DNA of 64,000 nucleotides from Hormoscilla sp. (GCA_051439505.1 JBFRWI010000100.1:1-64000); one strand, 5' to 3'. Positions 18,716 to 30,223 are shown, counted from the stretch's first letter. Numbers and translations are program-made. Notes: generated by a model not told the origin, from the letters alone.

Positions 18716-18764
18716 TAGAGAATGGATAGTTGTGCAATTATCCATTCTCTATTTTCTCTTCCCA

Positions 18765-20102
18765 TTACTCACAAGTAATTGACAAGCCCTCAACCCAGAT
18801 TCTGGGACAGACTCCTGATGGAGTAATTTGCGGTTCTTTCTCGACAAAAACAATAGATTTTAGCAACTGCAAAAAGTCTCCAGCAACGGTTGCAGAATCA
18901 ACACTTGTCTTTTTACCGTCATCCATCAGCCAACCATCAAAGGGTAAAGAAAAGGATCCTTGTAAAGATTGTACTCCTGCATGGAGAGCCTGAAGTTCGT
19001 CGATGAAAATCGCGTTTTTCGCCTCAGCAAGATTGTATTCTCGATCAGCGGCCACTCCTGGGAATACGTGATAAAAATTCGGGCTGACCCTGACTTTAGC
19101 GCCAATATCGGCATGACCGGTGGGTTGAGCATTCAGCCGTTTGGCAGTTCCAGCACTGTGCAGGAAGCTAGTCAAAATGCCTTCCGTAATTATGGGGACT
19201 CGACGGGTTGGCGTTCCTTCTCCATCAAAGGCGATCGCGGCCACGTTGTCTGGATGCAGGGCGTCGTCGCAGACAGAAAGTAAGGGCGAAGCAATTTGAG
19301 TGGCCAAAGACTCCGGAGTCGAGAGACTTTGCTTGTCAAGAATATTCTGAGCATTGAAGATATTAGAAAAAGCATTCAGCAAACTAATGAATGCTTCGGC
19401 TGAGAAAACTACCAGATATTTACCCGACTTGACCTTTTCATAGTGCAAGTGAGAGATGGTTTTTTCTGCCGCCTCTTGGAGACAACCCTTGATATCTAAA
19501 TCATCCAGGGCATGGCTAATTCTGAAAGCACCGGCACCGCGAGGCTTTTTCCCGGGCTGTTCGGTTTTGCTATATAGGAAAATCGAGCTGTATGAGTTAC
19601 CTTCAATCCTAGCTGCACCGTCACTGTTCAGATAAAATCGGTCAATATCTTCTTGTGCTAATCCATTGTAAGGCACGCTGGCGATCGCCTCCGATGCTGC
19701 CAGCAATTCTTTTTCCGCGCCGATCAATTCCGCAAGCAACCGATCGGCAGGCGCTTGGGGGCTTTTGATCTCGGCAGTTTCCAGACTTGCCGTCGCCTCG
19801 GGACTAAAATCAGGAACATGTTCCTTCACTCCGAAGAAACTCGCCTCATAAGCAGTTTTTAATGCCAATTCCACGCCCTCCGGGTCAACATCTGTGGTGC
19901 TAGTCACCCCCATTGTATTATCGGAGTTCCAGACTCGGACTATCACGCCCGATCGCTGGGAGGCTTTCACCTGTTTTGGTTCCCCTTCATATATTTGCAC
20001 GCTGGTTTGATCCACAGAGGAGCCAAATATATCGTATTTCTTGATGCCTAGTTTCTCCGCACTCTCTTTTGCCGAACTTGTAACTTCCTTAATGTTGGGC
20101 AC
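18765..20102 (-). CDS. pmbA: TldE/PmbA family protein
   Basis: FDGEG, PTGHA, GSFSL; no HExxH; follows tldD. Confidence 0.88.
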   Translation of the reverse strand: MPNIKEVTSSAKESAEKLGIKKYDIFGSSVDQTSVQIYEGEPKQVKASQRSGVIVRVWNSDNTMGVTSTTDVDPEGVELALKTAYEASFFGVKEHVPDFSPEATASLETAEIKSPQAPADRLLAELIGAEKELLAASEAIASVPYNGLAQEDIDRFYLNSDGAARIEGNSYSSIFLYSKTEQPGKKPRGAGAFRISHALDDLDIKGCLQEAAEKTISHLHYEKVKSGKYLVVFSAEAFISLLNAFSNIFNAQNILDKQSLSTPESLATQIASPLLSVCDDALHPDNVAAIAFDGEGTPTRRVPIITEGILTSFLHSAGTAKRLNAQPTGHADIGAKVRVSPNFYHVFPGVAADREYNLAEAKNAIFIDELQALHAGVQSLQGSFSLPFDGWLMDDGKKTSVDSATVAGDFLQLLKSIVFVEKEPQITPSGVCPRIWVEGLSITCE

Positions 20103-20309
20103 AACTATTCTCCTTTTTGTGCTAATTGCTAATTGCTACTCTCAAGTAATTCCCTCTCTTCGCTGTTGGCCCGCCGGGGGTTCAAACCCCCGGCTAATAG
20201 CTAAAGTCGGTTAAAACCGACTAATAGCATAATGCTTAATTTTTTTCGCCAACTTTGAAAAAATGGTATCATCAGGTAGTAACTGCTCGCCTGATGCATT
20301 AGGCTGACA

Positions 20310-21785
20310 CTAGCGTCCGCCAACGGTAATAGAATCCACCTTCAGATGAGGCTGTCCCACTGTCACGTAGATACTACCACTAACGGAGCCGCAGAAACCA
20401 GCTGCCAGTCCCAAATCTTGGGAACTCATAGAAATCTTGTTCATGATTGAGCGCGCTTCACCAATCAATGTCGCACCCTTCAGCGGTTTAGTGATTTTAC
20501 CATTTTCAATCAGGTAGGCTTCATCTACCGCAAAGTTAAACTCACCCGTAGCGCCCACGCTGCCGCCGCCCATCTTTTTACAATAAATGCCTTTGTCGAT
20601 CGAGGCAAATAGGTCATCAACGGAGTAGTTCCCGGGGGCGATGTAGGTATTCCGCATCCGCGACGCTGCCGCAAAAGCATAGCTTTGCCGCCGTCCACTG
20701 CCGGTGCGGGGATGTCCGGTGCGCATGAAACCCGCCCGATCGGCAATGAAGTTCTTCAGGATGCCATTTTCAATTAACAGGGTTTTTTGAGTCGGCATTC
20801 CTTCATCATCCATGTCGATCGTCCCGAAAGCCTGGCCCGATCGGCCCTCATCCCAGGCCGTTAGATTTTCGTGAGCAATTTTTTCACCTTTTTTATCGAT
20901 GAAGGGAGTAGTCTTCTTTTCGATCTGAGTCGTTTCCAGCAGATGTCCGCAAGCTTCGTGGAAGATCACCCCGCCAAACTTATTCGCCATGATAATGGGA
21001 TAGGTTCCCGACTCCACGTAATCAGCGTAGAGCATTTTTCCTGCCGCTTCCGCTACTTCGGACGCCGTAGTTTCATAGTCCCAGGTTCTCAAGAAATCTG
21101 CTTGACTGGTGCTGCCATCCCGTTTGCTGATGCTTGACCGATGGGTTCCATCAGCGCACAACAGATTGTAACCCACAGATTGAGTCAGGCGGATGTCCCG
21201 GGCGAAGGTACCGTCACTGGCAGCCACTAGGACCTCTTGCCAATCTCGGAAATAGACCGATCGCCTGGACTGGACGTGGCTAGCTTTGAGTGCCAGTTTA
21301 GCATTAGCGTCCAGCAGCACCTCTGACATTTCCCGCATCGAGCTGCATTCCGACAGCCAGATTTCCTTACCTTTGGTGGTAGCATAGTCTCTGAGGGGTT
21401 CCAGGATAACCTCCGGGATGTAGGAATTGGCCCCTGGTAATTCCAGTCCCAGGATGGATAGTCCTTTTTCCAGAGCCGCTTTCAGTCCCACAAATGTCAA
21501 GTCATTGGTGCTGACGTAGCAGTCTGCTTTACCGCGAAATACTCTCACCCCTGCGCCAGTTGAGAGGCGGGGAGTGATACTGGTGATCGTGTCTTCTTCT
21601 GCCAGACAACTGATATAGTTTACCCGTTCTAAGAAGAATTCGATCAAATCCGCCCCTGCGGCCCGTCCCCATCCCAGCAGGGTGGAAAGCATTAGCTCCC
21701 AGGAAGCATCGAAGCGATTTTTCGTCGAACTGTACGAACGGGCCGACAGTTCTTGAGATTGAGGTGCTGTAATTGCTAGATTCAT
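20310..21785 (-). CDS. tldD: TldD metalloprotease
   Basis: [31 protein letters not shown]. Confidence 0.92.
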   Translation of the reverse strand: MNLAITAPQSQELSARSYSSTKNRFDASWELMLSTLLGWGRAAGADLIEFFLERVNYISCLAEEDTITSITPRLSTGAGVRVFRGKADCYVSTNDLTFVGLKAALEKGLSILGLELPGANSYIPEVILEPLRDYATTKGKEIWLSECSSMREMSEVLLDANAKLALKASHVQSRRSVYFRDWQEVLVAASDGTFARDIRLTQSVGYNLLCADGTHRSSISKRDGSTSQADFLRTWDYETTASEVAEAAGKMLYADYVESGTYPIIMANKFGGVIFHEACGHLLETTQIEKKTTPFIDKKGEKIAHENLTAWDEGRSGQAFGTIDMDDEGMPTQKTLLIENGILKNFIADRAGFMRTGHPRTGSGRRQSYAFAAASRMRNTYIAPGNYSVDDLFASIDKGIYCKKMGGGSVGATGEFNFAVDEAYLIENGKITKPLKGATLIGEARSIMNKISMSSQDLGLAAGFCGSVSGSIYVTVGQPHLKVDSITVGGR

Positions 21786-22035
21786 ATGATGTCTGCTAGT
21801 CTCCTCTCCGAATTATATAACTTTTCTCACTTGATTTTGGCAGCTTGCCTTACCCTTTCGGGATCGCCCGTGAGTGGGTAAGGCGATCCCGCTTCTATAA
21901 TACCACATCTCCTACCCTCATCTGACGTTCCGCCCCTTATGCTGCACCATGCTGCACCTCCCTTCCTCAACCGCAACCCTGTTATTGGGTATTTATCTGG
22001 TTGCGGAAGCTGTTGTCTAGAAATATGTCATCATT

Positions 22036-22335
22036 TCATGCTGCCCCCAGCATTTCCGGTTCCTCATGTTCTACCCTAAACAGGTTAGCATAGAGGTTAG
22101 CAATGATTTGTTTTCCATCTTGATTTAAATTCATCTGTAGAAACCCCGTTTTTATATAAGGATAGACTACCTTCCAGAAAAACGCCGGGTAGCTAGCACG
22201 CAAATCACCAGGATGGCGGTATTTCAAATTTTTCTTCACCCCCGTCTCTTCAAATTCATAGAACAAAGCCGGAATTTTTTGCAGATAGCGCGGGTCACTC
22301 AACATTTTCCAAAGCCATTCCACCCGCCCAAGCAA
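22036..22335 (-). pseudogene. C-terminal fragment of cyanobacterial HD-domain metalloprotein (Npun_R2479-like)
   Basis: LSDPRYLQKIPALFYEFEETG…YRHPGDLR…GKQIIANLYAN; N-terminal HD part absent. Confidence 0.65.
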
Positions 22336-22671
22336 CTATTTCGCCATAGAAGTGGCACTAAACATTTTTCGCTTCTGGTTAACGTCGTCATGCACTCAGG
22401 ATAATTGTTCCTTCCAGCTATGTTCTACTAACCCCTAAGTCGCCTGTCTGTGATATGTGCCTTCCCCAGTTGTGATTTAAGACAAGGTCTTTCTCTGTAC
22501 TATCGCCGCAATCTGTATAAATAATTACAGAAATATTGGCGCGGGACTAGAACATCGATAAGTTAACATGGGAATTGCAGTAGGGGAAGTTGATAAGCTT
22601 TCGGCACTACCCATTCGGAAGTAGCCTCTAGCCCGATCTGTGGAAAACTAACATAGAGCAATTCTCAATTT

Positions 22672-23340
22672 TCAATTTTCAGATGCACCAGATTGATTCC
22701 CATTCCCATTTGAAGATTTCGATTTTTGGGGCTTAACTAAAACGCCATTTAAGAAGATATCAGCAAGCACTTCCGCCATTTCCTTCATCTCTTGGGGAGA
22801 AGAATTTGGTTCTAAAAGAGTATTTTGGCTAAACCCAGCGATCGTAAACATGCCCAAAAATATCTGAGCTACAATTCTTGGGTTTATAGGGCGGTAGATA
22901 CCCCGATCGATTCCCGTTTGGATGAAAGCTTCCGCCACATCCATCATTTTCACGATCACTTCTGACTGGATGCGATCGCGCAACTCCGGGTGAAACTGCG
23001 CTTCCATAAAGCAGATTCTGAGGAGATCGTTATTTTTATGTATATTCATCATGCGCCGACGCATCATTTGAGCCACAGATCTATAGCTTGCCATCTCACT
23101 CAAGTCCGTCAGTAGATCCGTAAGAATTTCAATCCAGCCAGCGCTCGCAATTTCAATTAAAATTGCTTTTTTACTCTCAAAATGCCTAAAAATCGTGCCC
23201 TCAGCCACACCAGCTGAAAGGGCCAAATCCCGGGTGGTGGTCCCGTCATATCCCTTACGGGCAAACAACCGCTGCGCCGCTTGTAAAATGCGGGTTCGCG
23301 TCTGAACTTCTGGTTGGGGAGGACTACTAGCAATTCGCAT
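22672..23340 (-). CDS. TetR/AcrR family regulator
   Basis: RILQAAQRLF…GTTTRDLA…GTIFRHFESK. Confidence 0.92.
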   Translation of the reverse strand: MRIASSPPQPEVQTRTRILQAAQRLFARKGYDGTTTRDLALSAGVAEGTIFRHFESKKAILIEIASAGWIEILTDLLTDLSEMASYRSVAQMMRRRMMNIHKNNDLLRICFMEAQFHPELRDRIQSEVIVKMMDVAEAFIQTGIDRGIYRPINPRIVAQIFLGMFTIAGFSQNTLLEPNSSPQEMKEMAEVLADIFLNGVLVKPQKSKSSNGNGNQSGASEN

Positions 23341-23435
23341 GACTAAATCAGGTTATATTGGACATCAGCTTTGTAGCCCTATTTTGGAACAGATAAGCAG
23401 TCGAGCGCCATTTATTTACATTTTTTTACATAATC

Positions 23436-25799
23436 TCATGCCGATGAGCCCATCGTGCGGAGGGGAAGGAAGATCGTAAACTCTGTTCCCTGGCCAACTC
23501 TTGAATTACAGATTAGCTTTCCACCGTGTTTTTCTACAACTATTGAGTAGCTAATAGACAACCCCAAGCCCGTACCTTTGCCCACAGGCTTGGTCGTGAA
23601 TAGAGCATCGAATATCTGCTGCTGCACCTCGGGCGTCATTCCTGGACCATTGTCAGCAATATAGATCGCCACCCAATTATCATCTATCACTTCCGTTCTA
23701 ATGCAAATGATGCCCTGCTGCTGATTATCTTCCTCTAGAGCGTCAATAGCATTTGCCAGCAGATTCATAAATACCTGGTTTAGTTGTCCCGGATAGCAAT
23801 CGACTAGAGGTAATTGGCCGTATTCTTGGATTAATTTAATCTCAGGACTTTTTTTTGTAGCGTTCAGCCGATATTTGAGAATTAGCAGGGTGCTATCAAT
23901 ACCTTCATGGATATCAAAAGGTGTTTTCTTCGATTGGTCTGAGCGAGAAAAATTCCGCAGAGATTTGCTAATTTGTTGGATCCGCTCAGTTCCCATATTC
24001 ATCGAATAGAGCATTTTGTCCAAATCCTCGGCGATGAATTCTACATCTATCTCTGTGGCATTCTCGATGATTTCCGGTGCCGGGTTGGGGTAATGCTGCT
24101 GGTAGAGGCGCAGGTGATTGAGCAACTCTTGGACGTAGCCTTTAACGTAGACGATATTGCCAGAGATGAAACCCACCGGATTATTAATTTCATGAGCCAC
24201 CCCAGCCACCAATTGTCCTAAACTGGACATCTTTTCGCTGTTTACGAGCTGCACTTGTGCCTGTTGCAGTTCTGTGAGAGTTTGTTCCAGTTGCTCTTTT
24301 TGCTCGATCAGTCTGGCTTCCGAGGCCCTCAGCGCCGACTCCGCCCGTTTGCGATCGCCTATTTCTTCTAGCAGAATGGAATTGCTGTAAGCTAGTTCTG
24401 TCATCATTTCTTGCAGCCGCTCTTTTTGCTCGATCAGTCTGGCTTCCGAGGCCCGCAGCGCCGACTCCGCCCGTTTGCGATCGCCTATTTCCTCCAGCAG
24501 GATTGAGTTCGTGTATCCTAGTTCTGCCGTCCGCTCTGCTACCCTAACTTCTAGTTCTTCGTTGAGTTTTTTGAGAGTTAACTCCGTGCGTTTGCGATCG
24601 GTGATGTCGCGAGCCACTGCATAAATCAGCCCTGCCGATTCTACCGTCACCCCTCTCCAGCCGAGCCACTTATAGGAACCATCTTTGCAGCAATAGCGAT
24701 TTTCAAACTCGAGGATATTCTTTCCCTGAGATAACTCTTTCACAATAGCTATCGTCGCCGATCTATCCTCGGGATGGACAAAATCTATCAACTGGCGATC
24801 GATCACTTCAGCGCTACTGTATCCTAATAGCCTAGTAACAGCTGGATTTACTCGTTTGAAGTAGCCGTCTACCCCAACTATTGCCAGCAGATCCAGGGAC
24901 AAATCGAAGAACCGATCGCGTTCTTCTGCCACCTGCTTCCGTTCCGTGATTACTTCAGTAAACATAATAATCCCGCCAATTTCAGCCCCATTCTTTCGCC
25001 AGGGATGAATTTCCCACCTCACCCAGTCTATGCTGCCATCTTGACGGGGGAATATGTCTTCCGCACACCATTCCACGGCCCCCGCTAAACAACGCTGGTG
25101 GATTTCCTTCCAGCGATCGGGTATTTCTGGAAACACTTCGTAGTGAGAGCGACCTATTATCTCCATATCGCTCAATCTGTATTCTGTCAACCAGCTCCGA
25201 CTTACCGCCAGGTAACGCATTTGGCGATCGCACATCGCCACAGCTGCTGGCGTGTTTTCCACAAACAAACGCATTTGAGCTGCGCTTGTCAACCTATTTG
25301 CCGCCACTTTCGCTTCCGACCGATTATCCGATCTGCGAGCGTCTGGTGCCAGCAATATTACTGTCTGGCGGTCAGTAATATCTAGGAGCAACCCATCCCA
25401 GAGGATTTCTCCATCAGCCATTTTTTCGGGAGACGCCGCTAGCTGTATCCATTTTACCTTTCCTGACGGGAGGATAAATCTTCCTTGCCAATGCCATGAC
25501 CGCCAACTAGACATCGAGCAGGCCAGGGACTGGTAGAACTCCCAGATATCCTCTGGATGAATCATCCCCAATAGGAGATTAGCATCCGCTTGAATCGCTT
25601 CTGCGGACACCTCCAGTAATTCCCGGCAACGATTGCTCAGGAATGGCCAAGTTAAACTGCCATCGTCGCGCCGCCGAACTTGGCAGATCGCCATTGCCGG
25701 TAAGCTAGCAGCGATGCTCTCCTGTCTGGCCTCACTTTCTGGTCGCGCCGTGGCCTCGCCATGCTTGTTTGCTGTCGAATTGCTTAAATCTCGCATCAT
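23436..25799 (-). CDS. Multi-PAS sensor histidine kinase
   Basis: Three PAS/PAC domains, AGVAHEINNP H-box, N/G1/F/G2 boxes. Confidence 0.93.
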   Translation of the reverse strand: MMRDLSNSTANKHGEATARPESEARQESIAASLPAMAICQVRRRDDGSLTWPFLSNRCRELLEVSAEAIQADANLLLGMIHPEDIWEFYQSLACSMSSWRSWHWQGRFILPSGKVKWIQLAASPEKMADGEILWDGLLLDITDRQTVILLAPDARRSDNRSEAKVAANRLTSAAQMRLFVENTPAAVAMCDRQMRYLAVSRSWLTEYRLSDMEIIGRSHYEVFPEIPDRWKEIHQRCLAGAVEWCAEDIFPRQDGSIDWVRWEIHPWRKNGAEIGGIIMFTEVITERKQVAEERDRFFDLSLDLLAIVGVDGYFKRVNPAVTRLLGYSSAEVIDRQLIDFVHPEDRSATIAIVKELSQGKNILEFENRYCCKDGSYKWLGWRGVTVESAGLIYAVARDITDRKRTELTLKKLNEELEVRVAERTAELGYTNSILLEEIGDRKRAESALRASEARLIEQKERLQEMMTELAYSNSILLEEIGDRKRAESALRASEARLIEQKEQLEQTLTELQQAQVQLVNSEKMSSLGQLVAGVAHEINNPVGFISGNIVYVKGYVQELLNHLRLYQQHYPNPAPEIIENATEIDVEFIAEDLDKMLYSMNMGTERIQQISKSLRNFSRSDQSKKTPFDIHEGIDSTLLILKYRLNATKKSPEIKLIQEYGQLPLVDCYPGQLNQVFMNLLANAIDALEEDNQQQGIICIRTEVIDDNWVAIYIADNGPGMTPEVQQQIFDALFTTKPVGKGTGLGLSISYSIVVEKHGGKLICNSRVGQGTEFTIFLPLRTMGSSA

Positions 25800-25938
25800 T
25801 AGGTATATCTACTCATTCTCCTCCCGTTTCCTGCCAAAAATGCACGACCACGATCGCTTGACTTGGCGCCATCTCAAATAGTATCACCTATCTCAAGTGA
25901 TACTGCACCAGCAGAGGTGAGGTGAGGGGAGTTAGTGC

Positions 25939-26256
25939 TTAAAACTTGTCGAGCATCCATTCAGAAGCCCGCGATCCCAAAATAATCGGAATGCCGATCG
26001 CTTTTCCCAGTCGGGGGCGATCGCGGGTGTTCTCAATGTACGACTTAATCTGTTCCGATGCGCCCCAGTCATGCAGACACAGAGCAATCTGATTGAGATG
26101 GGACCTATACTCTGCCTCCTCTAGGGGGAAGGACGCCTGTTCTAGATATTTCCACATCACTTGCACAAATATCTTCCCCTGAGTCCTTCGCAGCTGGATG
26201 TCGTAAGAGCGTCCCCATTTGTTCAACAATAGCTGATGTAAGTCTGCTCCGGTCAT
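25939..26256 (-). CDS. DUF3067 family protein
   Basis: KWGRSYD, QVMWKYLEQASFPL, RPRLGKA; upstream of petC. Confidence 0.85.
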   Translation of the reverse strand: MTGADLHQLLLNKWGRSYDIQLRRTQGKIFVQVMWKYLEQASFPLEEAEYRSHLNQIALCLHDWGASEQIKSYIENTRDRPRLGKAIGIPIILGSRASEWMLDKF

Positions 26257-26552
26257 ATCATTTTAGATTTTCGAGTGAACTGAGAGCGAGGGCTCGGCCT
26301 CGCCACCTGTAGGCATTTTTTCAGGTATTATATCATACCACTCTTCTTGGGAGCTTTTGTTTACATTTCTTTATGAAAAATTTGGGCGAGCAGTTAAAAA
26401 AATGTAATAATACTCTCACAAAGACGGGAAACTCCCCCGGAACTGGCAAGATTGTCAGCTGATGTGCGTGCCTGATGCCTGCCGTAGTCAGGTAGGTACA
26501 GGTGCCTATTGTCTATAGACAGATAAAGTAACAAGATCTCAAACACCAGGTT

Positions 26553-27095
26553 ATGACTCAAATTTCAGGCTCAGCGGATGTCCCGGATATGGGGCGTCGT
26601 CAATTCATGAATCTTCTGACATTTGGTGCGGTCACGGGCACGGCCCTAGGAGCACTATATCCGGTTGTGAAGTATTTCATCCCACCCTCCAGTGGTGGTG
26701 CAGGCGGTGGCGTCACAGCGAAAGACTCTCTGGGAAATGACGTGATTGCCAGTGAGTTTTTATCCAGTCATAATTCCGGAGAACGGGCCCTGGCTCAGGG
26801 GCTGAAGGGGGATCCGACCTACCTGATAGTGGAGAAAGATGCAACTCTAGCAGGCTATGGCTTAAACGCTGTCTGTACCCACTTAGGCTGTGTGGTGCCC
26901 TGGAATGCGAGCGAGAACAAGTTCATCTGTCCCTGTCACGGTTCTCAGTATAATGACGCCGGTAAGGTAGTGCGGGGACCAGCGCCCCTGTCTTTGGCCT
27001 TAGTCCATGCTGATGTCACAGAGGATGATAAAGTCGTGTTTACCAGCTGGACGGAAACTGACTTCCGCACCGGCGAAGACCCATGGTGGACCTAA
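26553..27095 (+). CDS. petC: Cytochrome b6f Rieske iron-sulfur subunit
   Basis: Tat motif RRQFM, CTHLGC, CPCHGS. Confidence 0.98.
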   Translation: MTQISGSADVPDMGRRQFMNLLTFGAVTGTALGALYPVVKYFIPPSSGGAGGGVTAKDSLGNDVIASEFLSSHNSGERALAQGLKGDPTYLIVEKDATLAGYGLNAVCTHLGCVVPWNASENKFICPCHGSQYNDAGKVVRGPAPLSLALVHADVTEDDKVVFTSWTETDFRTGEDPWWT

Positions 27096-27197
27096 GGCTG
27101 CACGAGACAAGAGCATGTTGATGATGTTGATGTTCAACGGTTCATGGCAACGAACGATCAACTTGACAATTTTATTTGGTGAGCATTGTTGGAACTG

Positions 27198-28202
27198 ATG
27201 AAAAAAGTTGATGAATTGGCGAGATCCCATAGCAGCAAGCGGGTACTGACTCAAACTCTAGTGCTGGCGATCGCGACCCTTGTCTGTTTTGTCGGGCTAG
27301 AACTAGCCCACCCGCAAACGGCGGCGGCCTATCCATTCTGGGCTCAGGAAACTGCCCCGGAAACTCCCCGGGAAGCCACTGGGCGGATTGTTTGTGCCAA
27401 CTGTCACTTGGCTTCTAAAGTGACAGAAGTGGAAGTACCCCAGTCGGTGCTGCCCGACACGGTGTTTGAAGCTGTGGTCAAAATCCCCTACGACCTGAGC
27501 TTGCAGCAAGTGTCGTCCGATGGCGAACTTGATTCCTTACAGGTGGGTGCGGTGTTAATGTTACCCGAAGGCTTCAAGATTGCACCAGAGGAACGCATTC
27601 CTGAAGAATTAAAGGCAGAAGTAGAGGATCTCTATTTTGAACCCTACCGCGAAGACCTGGAAAACGTCGTGATTGTGGGACCGATACCGGGCGACGAATA
27701 TCAGGAAATCATCTTCCCAGTTCTTTCCCCCGATCCGCGGACGGATAAAAATATCCACTTCGGTAAGTATGCCATACATGTAGGCGGGAACCGGGGTCGC
27801 GGTCAGGTTTATCCCGAAGGCAATAATAGCAATAACAATGTCTACAAGGCTGCTACCACTGGCACGATCGTTCAGATTACCCAAGCCGTAGATGAGGATG
27901 ATGAGCTTGAGGGTTATGCAGTGACTATTCAGCCTGCTGAGGGTGAAGCGGTGGTAGAGGAGATTCCCTTAGGACCGACTTTGATTGTCTCGGAAGGGCA
28001 GGAAATTGCGGCTGGAGATCCTTTGACTAATAACCCAAATGTGGGCGGTTTTGGTCAAGCTGATACGGAAATTGTCTTGCAAAGCGCTAGCCGCGTTAAA
28101 TGGTTAATGGCATTTATTGCTGTTGCTATGCTGTCTCAAATATTGCTGATTCTGAAGAAGAAGCAAATTGAAAAAGTTCAAGCTGCTGAGATGAATTTCT
28201 AA
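27198..28202 (+). CDS. petA: Apocytochrome f
   Basis: YPFWAQ, CANCH, GGNRGRGQ, NPNVGGFGQ, C-terminal TM helix. Confidence 0.98.
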   Translation: MKKVDELARSHSSKRVLTQTLVLAIATLVCFVGLELAHPQTAAAYPFWAQETAPETPREATGRIVCANCHLASKVTEVEVPQSVLPDTVFEAVVKIPYDLSLQQVSSDGELDSLQVGAVLMLPEGFKIAPEERIPEELKAEVEDLYFEPYREDLENVVIVGPIPGDEYQEIIFPVLSPDPRTDKNIHFGKYAIHVGGNRGRGQVYPEGNNSNNNVYKAATTGTIVQITQAVDEDDELEGYAVTIQPAEGEAVVEEIPLGPTLIVSEGQEIAAGDPLTNNPNVGGFGQADTEIVLQSASRVKWLMAFIAVAMLSQILLILKKKQIEKVQAAEMNF

Positions 28203-28230
28203 GTCATCATCTCATGTTTGTCTGGAGTCT

Positions 28231-28263
28231 GGGATGGGCAAATTGCCTGTCCCTTATTATTTG
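28231..28263 (+). terminator. Terminator after petCA
   Basis: GGGATGGGC/GCCTGTCCC stem plus T-rich tail. Confidence 0.55.
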
Positions 28264-28275
28264 AAAACAGTCTGA

Positions 28276-28394
28276 AATGGCTAATGGCTAATGGCTAATG
28301 GCTAATGGCTAATGGCTAATGGCTAATGGCTAATGGCTAATGGCTAATGGCTAATGGCTAATGGCTAATGGCTAATGGCTAATGGCTAATGGCT
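28276..28394. repeat. STRR-type heptamer (AATGGCT)x17
   Basis: Perfect tandem repeat. Confidence 0.97.
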
Positions 28395-28664
28395 AATCAT
28401 CATGACCAGACGATCGCTACTGCGAATAATCTCAACTCCGATTCCTTTTCGGGAACGCGATCGCTCGAAGGTTTGAGTGGGGCGATCGCACTTATGGGAA
28501 CAAAATTAAAGGTATAATTTATATCATTTGAATTTATTTGAGATTAAAGATTTAGGAAACTTGGTTTCGGGCTGAATATCTGTAGAAAGAAGTTTTTTAT
28601 GGTCCGATCGGGATAACTATGGTACGATAAAGAGACGGACAATTAATTTGTGGTACGAGAGTGA

Positions 28665-28847
28665 GCTCCTAGATTGTTCAATCATTATGACCGTAAGGCC
28701 CAAAAAGCCATGTATAGAGGCGAGATATTTCCATCAGACGCAGAGGTTGGGTATTACGGGGAAAATTCCTTTGAGTTTTTCCAAAAAGATCGAGATAAAA
28801 ATCGAAAAGGAATAATAGCCATAGATTTAATGAGGTGTTCGCCATGA
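28665..28847 (+). pseudogene. C-terminal remnant of DUF6932-like (nucleotidyltransferase-like) gene
   Basis: RKAQKAMYRGEIFP…FEFFQKDRDKNRKGIIAIDL; in-frame stop upstream; TGA overlaps next ATG. Confidence 0.55.
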
Positions 28848-29362
28848 TTAAAAATGAATTTCAGTACGAAGTCACTCAAGAATGGGTAGAGAAGTTTAGC
28901 AATTATATCATGAAGATGGAGCAGGATGAAGAAGCAAAAAGAAAGGACTTTCAGAAATGGGAAGTAAGCAGAGGTGTGTTACAATATCACCTGGATGAAT
29001 TAAACGCGGAAATCGCCGAATATGAAAGATTGATTAATTGCGACAATAGCCAGCCAATTGAAATTGTTGTGAGATTTTTGAATGAACTGCCAGATGTGTT
29101 AATAAAAGCGCGGATGGCTGCCAAAATCAGTGAGAAAGAACTCGCGGAAATTATCGGAGTTGAAGAAGAGCGAATTAAGCACTGTGAAAAGAGAAGTTAT
29201 GGAGATGCGACTTGGTCAGAAATGCTTGATGTTATCGCTGCTTTGGGGGTGGAATTTCCAACGCATGTGATGATGCAGGTGGATTTTGAGGAAGTGGAGA
29301 TTGCGAAAAGAATAACAGCAAAGCGACCGCAAAAAAAGATGAAGGCTGCGAGTAAAAAATGA
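28844..29362 (+). CDS. XRE-family HTH protein (putative antitoxin/regulator)
   Basis: MIKNEFQY N-terminus, LIKARMAAKISEKELAE HTH. Confidence 0.8.
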   Translation: MIKNEFQYEVTQEWVEKFSNYIMKMEQDEEAKRKDFQKWEVSRGVLQYHLDELNAEIAEYERLINCDNSQPIEIVVRFLNELPDVLIKARMAAKISEKELAEIIGVEEERIKHCEKRSYGDATWSEMLDVIAALGVEFPTHVMMQVDFEEVEIAKRITAKRPQKKMKAASKK

Positions 29363-29412
29363 AAGCGCGATCGCCCGTGTGTGGGGCGATCGCACCGGTG
29401 GCAGCCGATCGA

Positions 29413-29604
29413 CTATTGTGGTTTCGTCTGTTCCAAGGAGTTGTGGTTAGGTCTCCGTTTGATTGGCAGCTGTACAATTTTTTCCGGATGAGCGTTCTGC
29501 TTTTTGCGCAAATCTGCAAATATTGCATCCAGGTCGTAGTTAAAGGACCGGGCGTATTCCTCTCTGTACTTGTAAATTTCTTCGAGGATTTCGTCTTTCC
29601 ACAT
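29413..29604 (-). CDS. Small protein downstream of PIN gene (putative antitoxin)
   Basis: MWKDEILEE…REEYARSFNYDL; paralog at 31041..31223. Confidence 0.75.
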   Translation of the reverse strand: MWKDEILEEIYKYREEYARSFNYDLDAIFADLRKKQNAHPEKIVQLPIKRRPNHNSLEQTKPQ

Positions 29605-29607
29605 GGT

Positions 29608-30096
29608 TTATTCTCCCATAACTTCATATTCCATCAACTGATATGGCGTGCAGATAGTTGGTAGATAGTATCCAAAGTCAGAGCTAATTTGCGATAGCTT
29701 TCTCTGAATTTGAGCGTTCGCCATATGCTTGCAATTCCATGTTAGCAGGTAATCCAAGCCATAAACTGTTGCAACTGCCATATGCAAGGCATCGTTAGAG
29801 GCTTTTGATGGTAGGTTACTTTGCTGCAAAAAATATTTGCCAAGCGCTTTGGCTGATTCGGTAATATCGAGAAGCATCAAGGGCTGTAACAAACTTAGTC
29901 TTTGAGCCGCGATCTCTGGATCTCCTTGAGCTGCTTCATCCCATACTACTTCAGAAGTGTAAAGCACAAATGAGCTACGACGACTATCCCACCAATCCTG
30001 CGTAACTTTCATGTTGGCGGCAAGAATTAAGTTGTTTGTCGATCGCGCGGTCAAGTAACCCAAAATACTGGTTTCGATATAGATTGTTTCACTCAT
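29608..30096 (-). CDS. PIN-domain (VapC-like) protein
   Basis: YIETS, DALH, LLTWNCKHMAN. Confidence 0.88.
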   Translation of the reverse strand: MSETIYIETSILGYLTARSTNNLILAANMKVTQDWWDSRRSSFVLYTSEVVWDEAAQGDPEIAAQRLSLLQPLMLLDITESAKALGKYFLQQSNLPSKASNDALHMAVATVYGLDYLLTWNCKHMANAQIQRKLSQISSDFGYYLPTICTPYQLMEYEVMGE

Positions 30097-30223
30097 GTTG
30101 TCCGCACTGTATACTTTCTCATTCTAAACTAGGCATTCCTTATTTGTCAAATACAGGGACGGGTTACACTGAAGTTCTGTCCTAAATTTGAATGACTCTG
30201 AGCCTCAAACCCTTATTCTATAA

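Noticed and set aside
18765..21785. TldD/TldE as part of a RiPP cluster
   Set aside because: No precursor, YcaO or transporter nearby; housekeeping context
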